Source: Neoechinorhynchus agilis (lineage: Eukaryota; Animalia; Acanthocephala). Taken from it: 64,000 bases of DNA. The translations under genes and the position numbers were made by a program. Of the stretch, positions 53,917-64,000 are shown one piece after another. Numbering within the stretch: the first letter of the stretch is position 1; every line of letters starts with the position of its first letter. The notes beneath the pieces were generated by a model that ran no database searches, was not told the origin of the DNA, and was given only the letters and a program-made list of their open reading frames with translations. Location of the stretch: the NCBI GenBank assembly GCA_051530055.1, contig CM121342.1, positions 5,765,489 through 5,829,488 on the forward strand, read 5' to 3'.

Positions 53917-54580
53917 AAATAAATTGTAATAAATACCAACGAACTTATTTTTAATTACCTCTGGACTTTGACTAGGGTCGTAATTTTAAATTGTTTAAAT
54001 TTCTGGATAAAGAACTGGTTTCATACGTCTTAATGGCTAGAAAAATTGATTTTCTGGAAGCTTAAAACACCGTTCATTCTTTTAGGAGTGGAAATGTTCA
54101 ATGGAGGAAGTTAATTTGGATTTCTATCTCAAGACTTCAACAAGCAATCGAAGGGGAGGAGGTTCCTTTTCAATGTGAGACCAATAGTTTCATATTGATT
54201 ATTTTGTTTGAAAATAAATTGGGATAAATACTAACGAACTTATTTTTAATTACCTCTGGACTTTGACTAGGGTCGTAATTTTAAATTGTTTAAATTTCTG
54301 GATAAAGAACTGGTTTCATACGTCTTAATGGCTAGAAAAATTGATTTTCTGGAAGCTTAAAACACCGTTCATTCTTTTAGGAGTGGAAATGTTCAATGGA
54401 GGAAGTTAATTTGGATTTCTATCTCAAGACTTCAACAAGCAATCGAAGGAAAGGAGGTTACTTTTCAATGTGAGACCAATAGTTTCATATTGATTATTTT
54501 GTTTGAAAATAAATTGTAATAAATACCAACGAACTTATTTTTAATTACCTCTGGACTTTGACTAGGGTCGTAATTTTAGC
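53859..54580. repeat. ~290-bp tandem repeat (2.5 copies) overlapping the trehalase 3' end
   Basis: GCAATCGAAGG at 53859, 54144 and 54439. Confidence 0.9.
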
Positions 54581-54994
54581 AATGAGGCCCGGACGCACAG
54601 TGACCTTATTCATTCGCCAGGTTGAAACAATGGACCAGGGAATAAGACGGACTTTAAACTGAATCAAAGTACGGTGTAAAGTTAGTGTGATTTTCAAAAT
54701 GCCTTCAACTCTCTCAATAGAGAAATAAGCCGGTTCAAAGAGTGAAAACTTTGCGCTTAAATAATAATGAGAAAGGACAAAACATTTTCCAACGGTACCA
54801 ATCGTTCGCTAATAGATTTTCTCTCGATGTAAACGGAGAGACGGAAAAAACTGAATTCACGGTTCAAATGACGGAATGAAAATATACGATTTGAGACTTA
54901 ATCTCAAATTTTTAATTTCTGGAGCAATAAAATATTATATTGCGAATGAGCTCAATGAGCGGCATTAGTCTTTTGAGCTTTAAAGAAGAAAACA

Positions 54995-55500
54995 TGAAAC
55001 CCATGGTCTGGATCCTCAAATACCTCCCGAGAACGCGATATCCACCACTAAGTTTCCTCCCATCTCCCGGCGCTTGGTTAAAATTATCGTTTTCTTATGT
55101 CTTTTCTCTTTCAAACCGGTTATATTAATTGTTTTTTTTGTAGAATATCCATTTTTTTGGGCTTTTAAGTACACTTCGAACCGATATCTTGGATCACAGA
55201 GGTGATTTGACATGAAACCCATGGTCTGGATCCTCAAATACCTCCCGAGAACACGATATCCACCACTAAGTTTCCTCCCATCTCCCGGCGCTTGGTTAAA
55301 ATTATCGTTTTCTTATGTCTTTTCTCTTTCAAACCGGTTATATTAATTGTTTTTTTTGTAGAATATCCATTTTTTTGGGCTTTTAAGTACACTTCGAACC
55401 GATATCTTGGATCACAGAGGTGATTTGACATGAAACCCATGGTTCGGATCCTCAAATACCTCCCGAGAACACGATATCCACCACTAAGTTTCCTCCTTTT
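54995..55500. repeat. 218-bp tandem repeat (2.3 copies) related to the hammerhead element
   Basis: GGATCCTCAAATACCTCCCGAG at 55010, 55228 and 55446; compare GGATCCTCAGATACCTCCCGAG at 9020. Confidence 0.9.
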
Positions 55501-55702
55501 CATTTCAGTGGTTTTCAATGGAGGATTTTCAAAAAGGTATTCAACGTCGTAACCAGTGACAAAGACTTTTAGGACACTTCACATTGCCTCTACGATCCAC
55601 ATAAAACGACTCACATGACCCGTCTTAAAAAGCGTCTGGATGTCCATTACCTCTTCTCGCTTCACACGAGTCGACTACTTAAACTCGAGATAGATTTACT
55701 CA

Positions 55703-56225
55703 GTGAAGGAAATGAAGCTGGTGTATAACATCCTCAGTGTCGTATACTTTCTCCTTAACTCTGGTTATCTGATTATAGCTCTATTCGTTGGCAGTCCAAC
55801 CATGTCACCTGTTCCGGATGTCCAAAAAACCGTCGGATCACCGTTCTTCTACAAATTCTCCCTTTCAATTGCTATCTATTATTTCCTTTCCAATAAAACA
55901 GAGATTTCTTTTCCAAAAAGGATTCGTTTGAAAAGAAACTTTCTGTCTTATTCCAATCCATATTCAATATAAGAGCTATAAGCTGCTTATGGCGTCGCTT
56001 ATTCTAGCGGCACAATGCGGTATAGTATTGAACGTGTTGACGACCGTCATTGAACACGACGTGAATTCCATGTTTGTCAAAATCACTGGATATTTGATGC
56101 CTTTGCTCATGATCATTCGGATTGCTATCGAAGTAATAGTACTTAAAGGTCGGAGAGTGGTTGGACTTGGAAATGAGCAGCGGGTAGAGTTGGAAATGGT
56201 TAATATTCCACCAGGGAACAATTGA
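55703..56225 (+). CDS. Possible small membrane protein, split by a frameshift or intron
   Basis: Two adjacent hydrophobic ORFs offset by +1 frame. Confidence 0.35.
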
Positions 56226-56950
56226 GTCTGTTAGATTTGATGCTTTTTTTTGCAAAAAAACCCGTGCTTGGGGCGTTTCCCGCTTGCGAGACTAATATTT
56301 TAGCGATGTGGCATTCTTGTTGAAAAAAAAATTGAAAACAATACAACACGATCTAAAATTCATAAAAAATCCTTTTTACTCTCTTACAACAAAATGTTTG
56401 AGTTTCTAAAGTTCTGCTCGGAATCTGTATAACCTGTTTTTTCTCATCGATTTGTCAATAAAAGTTTTGGGCGCAATCAATATTAACGATCACAAAAAGA
56501 CAATGCTCAATGACTGCATCGCGATGATCGGATTCCATTGCTTTTTTGATAGAAAACTATTGATGATTGTTTGATAGACAATCCGACTGAAAGAGAGAGA
56601 TTTTATTGAAACACAAAGCTTTCGCCGTCCAACGGCTTCCTCAGGGTGTAATCTACAATGTGAGTGAAGTGGAGTGGACTTTCAGTCGGATTGTCAATCA
56701 AACAATCATCAATAGATAAAACATGCGACTGAACAACCAAGCAGCGCTTAGTAATCTGATAGAAAACTATAAAAAGTGCAATTTTCTACAGGTTAGAGTT
56801 TATTTGCGTAGTTTGCTGCTTTGGGGGTGGGAACCTGACTCGTTCGTTGCACGAGCAAGCATGTGACTCTCGCAAACTATGAGTTGTTGTGACACTCTTC
56901 GTTAACATTGTTTCTCTCGAGATCTTACAATATCCTAAGATTCCAGAAAG

Positions 56951-58149
56951 ATGAATTCAAAGGACACTATTAGTAAGGAAGCAGCGAAAAAGCCAAATAC
57001 TCGGAGATCAGTTGCCAAATTAGGCCGAAAACGAACCATTGAAGAAACAGCGTCGGTTAGTTCAATTTTTTAAATACCAAATCTGAAAATTGATTATAGG
57101 AAGGAATGGAATTCTTGCAACGCTCATGGGGAAAGAAAAAAACCAATCTTGTGAGTAGAAAAATAAGTGAAAGGAACGACAAAATAAAGGAGTCTACGGT
57201 TTGACTTAATTATTTTTTGCCGGAAAATATGACTCATGTACAAAGAAAACAAAATCCAACAAAAGGGACAATGACTCAATTGCCTTAAAAAAAGGTCTTC
57301 CTTTGGGTTTAAAGTCTAAGGTATTTGGAATTTTCACGGTATCGTGTATTTAAGTTGTCAAGGAAAGTGCAGATGAAGGTGGAGGTTCCAGATTATCTTT
57401 AGAACCAAAAACAAAGGTATTTACGATTGCATTTAAAAAATTTTAAAGACGTAAAAAGAATTCGAGTAAGGAAAGCACCACGATTTCGAGCAAAGGTTCT
57501 ACAGTGAGTACTAAAGAGTCGTCGAAGGTATCAAAATCTAAAACAACGAAACGAGTAAATTATTTATATTGCTAAAGACAATCCCTACAAACGAAGAAGG
57601 TATTGTTAGAATACGCGGTTCTGGAACGTATTATGGATCCAAATCAAAGGTTTACGCAAAACATTTGTCCTTCGCAACAATGGACTTAATAGGCGTCGAC
57701 GAAATCAATTAAAGAAATAATTAGTGAAAAAGAACGATTAAATCCAGGATCGGAATGCGATAAAGTACCATTTGCATGCAATAAAATGGAAAACTTCAAA
57801 ATGTAAAATTTAGCTACGCACGGAGTCATTGAGTGTAAAATGCAGCGGACAATCTACTGAGGTATTGCGTTATTTTCATCGAAATAACTCTTAAATTTCT
57901 CAAAGGCAGTTGAGTCTAAATCGTTTGGATTGATTAAAGGTTATTTAATTTTTCCGAATTAAACACAAGAGTTCATTTCTTTATTAGGCGTAGATTTATC
58001 AAGAAAGAGCGAAAAGGTAACACTAAAGCAAGGTCGATTCTAAAATTTGATTCATTTGAAAGGCGACAGAGCGAACAATAAGAAACATGGCAACTCAAAC
58101 ATTCAACGTTGAGATGTTAAACTCGGGAGTTCAGACTGAAAATGAGTAG
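56951..58149 (+). CDS. Lys/Ser-rich protein encoded by ~11 small exons
   Basis: Hand-threading GT-AG introns of ~40-55 nt gives one open frame, MNSKDTISKEAAKK...GVQTENE*, including a 9-nt exon (EST). Confidence 0.6.
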
Positions 58150-58343
58150 GCGTTACCCACATTGTTTCGGCCATAAATTTGGTGTTCTCTTTGGTTTTTG
58201 TCTTTTAAAAAAGGATAGTATTTGCGAATATTTAAAGCTCTAGCAACCATTGTTAATCGACGGTTGTCTTGGCCACTTCAAACACTGGAAATGCAATATA
58301 AGAACGCGTTTGAGAGAACCAAAGTGGTTAGGGATCAAACGCG

Positions 58344-58586
58344 ATGCATTTCCACTTATTCCTGATAATGACAATACTATTCGCCCGATTTGATGCTAAA
58401 TACATCCGGCACCAATCAGATATGGACGAAAAGTTGATTGAGGAACATAGTCCAGAATCGGAACTCCGCTGGGATGAATTAGGCACTAGTGAACTACTGG
58501 GAAGAGAGAGCAAAAAAAGAAAGTTATTAAAGAAAGAAGACGTATTTGAACGATACAGAAGAGTTGGTTGGCTTAATGTTGTCTGA
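58344..58586 (+). CDS. Small putative secreted peptide precursor (80 aa)
   Basis: Hydrophobic N-terminus (MHFHLFLIMTILFARFDA), acidic spacer, basic sites KKRK, KK and RR. Confidence 0.4.
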   Translation: MHFHLFLIMTILFARFDAKYIRHQSDMDEKLIEEHSPESELRWDELGTSELLGRESKKRKLLKKEDVFERYRRVGWLNVV

Positions 58587-59049
58587 TAAAGAAAATGTCG
58601 TTTTGGGTTTTTTTGCTCAATATATCAGTGTTCATCGTCAATTCTCATGGGTTGTCACTATGCCAAAAATGAAATTATAAAAACCTTATTGATTTCAACG
58701 ATCAGAGCAATAAATTGAAATCTTAAAGACTTTGACGATTCAAACCCGTTCTTTTTTTCGGAATTTTTGTTCTAAAGTAGAAAAGAGGTAAAGTTAAAAT
58801 TAACGAAATCGACGCTGCAACGCATAAACTGGTCTCTAAAGACTTTAGCCCTCGAGAAATCAGTGAATAAAATTTGACGAAGAACTTCCTTTTAAGTCGG
58901 AAAGCCATGTCGGCATAATGCTTAATTGAACGTAAAAAGGCAACGGCTCACGTATTCTAACAGGAAATTCTCATCTGGGAAACAACTGAGAGTACAAAAT
59001 TCATATACCGGCCTCGATCCCACCTAAGGTCGCAATCTTTTGTTGACCG

Positions 59050-61292
59050 AAGGATGCAGAAAATAAGGAGATGGCACCAAGAGGAAGCAGAGAACCTGGA
59101 GATGTGATGGAATCATCAGGATGCAGAAAATCAGGAGATGGATCCAAGTGGAAGCAGAGAACCCGGAGATGGGATGGAATCATCAGGATGCAGAAAATAA
59201 GGAGATGGCACCAGGAGGAAACAGAGAACCCGGAGATGGGATGGAACCATCAGGATGCAGAAAATAAAGAGATGGCACCAGGAGGAAACAGAGAACCCGG
59301 AGATGTGATGGAATCATCAGGATGCAGAAAATCAGGAGATGGCACCAAGAGGAAGCAGAGAACCCGGAGATGGGATGGAATCATCAGGATGCAGAAAATA
59401 AGGAGATGGCACCAAGAGGAAACAGAGAACCCGGAGATGGGATGGAATCATCAGGATGCAGAAAATAAGGAGATGGCACCAGGAGGAAACAGAGAACTGG
59501 GAGATGGGATGGAATCATCAGGATGCAGAAAATAAGGAGATGGCACCAGGAGGAAACAGAGAACCCGGAGATGGGATGGAATCATCAGGATGCAGAAAAT
59601 AAGGAGATGGCACCAAGAGGAAACAGAGAACCCGGAGATGGGATGGAATCATCAGGATGCAGAAAATAAGGAGATGGCACCAAGAGGAAACAGAGAACCC
59701 GGAGATGGGATGGAATCATCAGGATGCAGAAAATAAGGAGATGGCACCAGGAGGAAACAGAGAACCCGGAGATGGGATGGAATCATCAGGATGCAGAAAA
59801 TAAGGAGATGGCACCAGGAGGAAACAGAGAACCCGGAGATGGGATGGAATCATCAGGATGCAGAAAATAAGGAGATGGCACCAAGAGGAAACAGAGAACC
59901 CGGAGATGGGATGGAATCATCAGGATGCAGAAAATAAGGAGATGGCACCAGGAGGAAACAGAGAACCCGGAGATGTGATGGAATCATCAGGATGCAGAAA
60001 ATAAGGAGATGGCACCAGGAGGAAACAGAGAACCCGGAGATGGGATGGAATCATCAGGATGCAGAAAATAAGGAGATGGCACCAAGAGGAAACAGAGAAC
60101 CCGGAGATGGGATGGAATCATCAGGATGCAGAAAATAAGGAGATGGCACCAGGAGGAAACAGAGAACCTGGAGATGTGATGGAATCATCAGGATGCAGAA
60201 AATCAAGAGATGGCACCAAGAGGAAGCAGACAACTGGGAGATGTGATGGAATCATCAGGATGCAGAAAATAAGGAGATGGCACCAAGAGGAAACAGAGAA
60301 CCCGGAGATGTGATGGAATCATCAGGATGCAGAAAATAAGGAGATGGCACCAGGAGGTGTGGTGGCCAAGAGGAAGCAGAGAACTGGAGATGTGATGGAA
60401 TCATCAGGATGCAGAAAATCAAGAGATGGCACCAAGAGGAAGCAGACAACTGGGAGATGTGATGGAATCATCAGGATGCAGAAATAAGGAGATGGCACCA
60501 GGAGGAAACAGAGAATCTGGAGATGTGATGGAATCATCAGGATGCAGAAAATAAAGAGATGGCACCAGGAGGAAACAGAGAACCCGGAGATGGGATGGAA
60601 TCATCAGGATGCAGAAAATAAGGAGATGGCACCAGGAGGAAACAGAGAACCCGGAGATGGGATGGAATCATCAGGATGCAGAAAATAAGGAGATGGCACC
60701 AGGAGGAAACAGAGAACCCGGAGATGGGATGGAATCATCAGGATGCAGAAAATAAGGAGATGGCACCAAGAGGAAACAGAGAACCCGGAGATGGGATGGA
60801 ATCATCAGGATGCAGAAAATAAAGAGATGGCACCAGGAGGAAACAGAACTGGAGATGTGATGGAATCATCAGGATGCAGAAAATAAGGAGATGGCACCAG
60901 GAGGAAACAGAGAACCCGGAGATGGGATGGAATCATCAGGATGCAGAAAATAAGGAGATGGCACCAGGAGGAAACAGAGAACCCGGAGATGGGATGGAAT
61001 CATCAGGATGCAGAAAATAAGGAGATGGCACCAAGAGGAAACAGAGAACCCGGAGATGGGATGGAATCATCAGGATGCAGAAAATCAGGAGATGGCACCA
61101 GGAGGAAACAGAGAACCCGGAGATGGGATGGAATCATCAGGATGCAGAAAATAAGGAGATGGCATCAGGAGGAAACAGAGAACCTGGAGATGGGATGGAA
61201 TCATCAGGATGCAGAAAATCAAGAGATGGCACCAAGAGGAAGCAGACAACTGGGAGATGGGATGGAATCATCAGGATGCAGAAAATAAGGAG
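59050..61292. repeat. 67-bp purine-skewed tandem array (~33 copies)
   Basis: GGATGCAGAAAATAAGGAGATGGCACC...GGAATCATCA; the ORFs cycle frames because 67 is not a multiple of 3. Confidence 0.97.
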
Positions 61293-61459
61293 GTGTCCTC
61301 CTCAATTTTGCAGACGGATTCTCTCTAGGAGCCAATGAAAGGACGAATTCTTAAGGGCGTATAGGCTCTGAAAATTCGCAATTAATAGTTCAGTAATAAA
61401 ACTCGAGTGTGCAACAATTCGGCATTGAGAATAGACATCCACTCGAAGGACGAACCGAG

Positions 61460-61556
61460 ATCCGAGTGATCCAAAACCTTGGCTTCCTCGGATCCACACG
61501 GTTCATGGCAAAACTAAAAATTGAGACGATGATGAGCACTGACGATTGCAGCGTCC
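61460..61556 (-). repeat. Internally deleted inverted copy of 22048-22245
   Basis: 24-nt exact reverse-complement match (61466-61489 vs 22222-22245) plus a GAGCACTGACGATTGCAGCG match to the 350-bp unit. Confidence 0.8.
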
Positions 61557-61804
61557 TCAAAATCGAACTCTCTATTGATTTTGTATGATGAAATCGGTTT
61601 TATTGGAAGAGGTATTTCTTTCGCGTCAATGGACTTTAGTGAATCAGAGGTTGCTCGCTAGTCCGATTTTTTAAATTCGTCTTGGCAATTTTTGTTGGTT
61701 TGTATTGTTTTTGAAATGTAAATTTTTTTAAAGAATCTTTGCTAGAATTGATTAGACTTTTAAGCACTCACAAGTTCACTTTTTTGTCGTTGAGGTGACC
61801 GAGA

Positions 61805-62416
61805 ATGCAAGATCAAAACGATGAGTTGAAAGCTTTGGTTGAATGTCAGATTGATGAAACGGTACAGGTTCTCCGGACTACAACTTCTGAATCGTCAAGA
61901 AGAGTTCAAGAGGCGTATTCATGTCTTCGAGACTCGATATCTCATCACAAGGCTCTAGTTAACGCAAATTTGGATCTTAATGAAAAATCCGATAGACGAC
62001 AACTCGATGAACTTCAAACTAAATTAAACGACCTTCTCCGAGATTATGAAAGATCACACAAACGATCTACAACAATTCCACAAAACGAAATCACGAAGAT
62101 TAATGCGTTATTTGAGCAATATATCCAATCAATGCCTCGTCTTGTTGACTTTTCCTCGTCGTCGTTAGAAAATCTTTTATCTGTAAGACTTAATAGTGTC
62201 CAGGAAAGTTTTTTGGAGTCCACGAAAACAATAGAACGCTTAAATAAGACTTACAGTTCATTGTTTAATGAATCAAATGACGGGTGGGGTGTAAGGATTC
62301 AACAACCCTCCGATTTATCAACCTCAGCTCTAACTGAAAAATTGTATTCAAAGGAACATGAACGGTGGATGGCATTCCTAGAGTGTTCGGTTTCTCCGTA
62401 TTTGTATTTGATGTAA
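61805..62416 (+). CDS. Hypothetical coiled-coil protein (exon)
   Basis: 203-codon ORF with heptad-like Leu/Glu/Gln pattern. Confidence 0.55.
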   Translation: MQDQNDELKALVECQIDETVQVLRTTTSESSRRVQEAYSCLRDSISHHKALVNANLDLNEKSDRRQLDELQTKLNDLLRDYERSHKRSTTIPQNEITKINALFEQYIQSMPRLVDFSSSSLENLLSVRLNSVQESFLESTKTIERLNKTYSSLFNESNDGWGVRIQQPSDLSTSALTEKLYSKEHERWMAFLECSVSPYLYLM

Positions 62417-62745
62417 AGGTGTTTAATGTGAAATCTTCTTAAATTGGACCATTTCAATCTCTTCCTCATTTTTTTTTGAAAACTAAAATTGAACCAGTAT
62501 TCTTTATTTTGATCATTTTATCTCATTTAATAAAAATCGTCAAGAGAAAATACTTCGGCGTTTTCAAATTTCGAGTTTTCATTTAATAGGTAATGTTTTC
62601 CAAAAGCGCGTCTAAATTAAAGGAAAAAGAAGTGGGAACACGAACGCGTTTTAAAGATGCGGCATTATGATCACAACCGAAACTCAAATCTCTCAGTTGA
62701 ACATCTTTACGGTCAACTCCGGGAAGCTTTAAGGAACAAACAAAT

Positions 62746-63621
62746 GTGATTCCATTTGGAATCAAAGATGAAGACCCATTTGTTTCTCAAAAGTCAATAC
62801 TCGCGTTTCCATTAAACCGATTACTATTGGAATGTGAATTTACTTCCTATATTTCAGAGTCAAGTGCGATTGCATTTGTTTGGAAAAATCGATGTGTTCA
62901 GCGATTCTATGAGAATCATGGAACGGTAATTCAAAAAGGAGATTCTGTTGAAATTATCGATATCGATCGTAGTTTGGTTATGTTGCTTCGGCACAAAGAC
63001 ACTGAGCTTATTCTCAATACTTTATTGGAACGTGAAGATCGAGGACTTTTGAAATTCCATTCCGTCTTCACTATGACCCATAAAATTAACCAAAAAAAGC
63101 AATACTTCTACACCGATATTCTGGCTCTTCGATGCTGTGAAAAGCATCATGGACGAGTTGTTATTATCTCTCCCATTAGTTGCTCAACACAAAATGTGAA
63201 CGTTTATGATGTTGATAGAGCACTTCATTTATCGGTCGATATAGACGATCTATATGTTTTTGTTGATTCCGCCATTGCTATGGAACCGCCTTTAACTGCT
63301 TTATGTTGTCTTTTCGAAGCTTTTATTGCAATTTGGCCTCATTTCGAATGCTCGGATGATCTCGTGGGTTTTCTGAAAGGCTTTATTGAACACGAAAATG
63401 CGAAGATATCAACGAAAGCTATTAAAAGAAGTTTAATAAGAGAATCGTGTCATGTTATTGATTTGTACGATCAGTCATCGAAATCGACTGTTAAACAGAC
63501 ATTTATGATCTGCACTGGCATTCAGATATTTCGTGAGAAATTCGGTTTGTTCTCAGGGTACAGCGTTTTTGCATTTCGATTTTGTTCACAAATCAACGTT
63601 TCTTCACCCTCTTTTTTTTAG
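62746..63621 (+). CDS. Hypothetical protein (exon)
   Basis: 291-codon open frame; no family recognised. Confidence 0.55.
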   Translation: MIPFGIKDEDPFVSQKSILAFPLNRLLLECEFTSYISESSAIAFVWKNRCVQRFYENHGTVIQKGDSVEIIDIDRSLVMLLRHKDTELILNTLLEREDRGLLKFHSVFTMTHKINQKKQYFYTDILALRCCEKHHGRVVIISPISCSTQNVNVYDVDRALHLSVDIDDLYVFVDSAIAMEPPLTALCCLFEAFIAIWPHFECSDDLVGFLKGFIEHENAKISTKAIKRSLIRESCHVIDLYDQSSKSTVKQTFMICTGIQIFREKFGLFSGYSVFAFRFCSQINVSSPSFF

Positions 63622-64000
63622 CCCACGATGCTCATCTCGTAAAAAAGTGAAATTCCAGTTTTTGAATAGCCCCTGATGAGTTGCTGTCGATTTTGATTGG
63701 CTGAGTCTGTTAAAAAGGCGATATGCCATTGACCATTTCTTAAGAATCTTCCGAAACTCACGGTGTAAACGATGAAGCAATGTCGCACATCAGATCCTCG
63801 GTTGCCTTGAATGATCAGAACCGGAAAAAACAAGCGATTCACATAACTCACGTTCACTCGCCGACATGGATATGTTTTCAGTCTTCTTTAAAAATGAATC
63901 ACATTTGGGCAGAATGCGAGCAAATGTATGCAATGTTCCGCTCAAACCGCCTAAAACGAACTGAACCTCGACTCGATAAGCGTCTCTATATCTTACCACT

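Overview
AT-rich, gene-dense eukaryotic DNA, most likely from an animal with a compact genome. Most introns are about 40-50 nt GT-AG, and many acceptors are A-rich. I cannot name the organism. Recognisable genes: COPB2 (beta'-COP), CWC25, two tandem Rab2 paralogues, a MIC19/CHCHD3-like protein, CDC6, a divergent alpha-tubulin, UDP-glucose pyrophosphorylase and a GH37 trehalase, plus several unassigned ORFs. Roughly a third of the window is locus-specific tandem arrays (units 67-350 bp; the ten largest run about 1.3-2.6 kb), two decayed CRE-like retrotransposons and an APE-type LINE relic. The most striking object is a 658-bp insertion in COPB2 intron 1 with a 12-bp target-site duplication, an A-tail and an inverted 5' duplication. 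It carries a tRNA-derived Pol III-like head followed by a complete hammerhead ribozyme whose three strands appear in a non-circularly permuted order. A core-dead relative is tandemly amplified at about 55 kb. Also notable: a TTAA- and TIR-bounded satellite apparently sitting inside CWC25 coding sequence, a short terminal motif that seems to bracket captured local DNA, and hints of operons and trans-splicing. Some arrays contain indel-rich stretches (e.g. 11.8 kb, 28.35 kb) that look like unpolished long-read error, so single frameshifts are not treated as firm evidence. All alignments and folds were done by eye; no database was searched.
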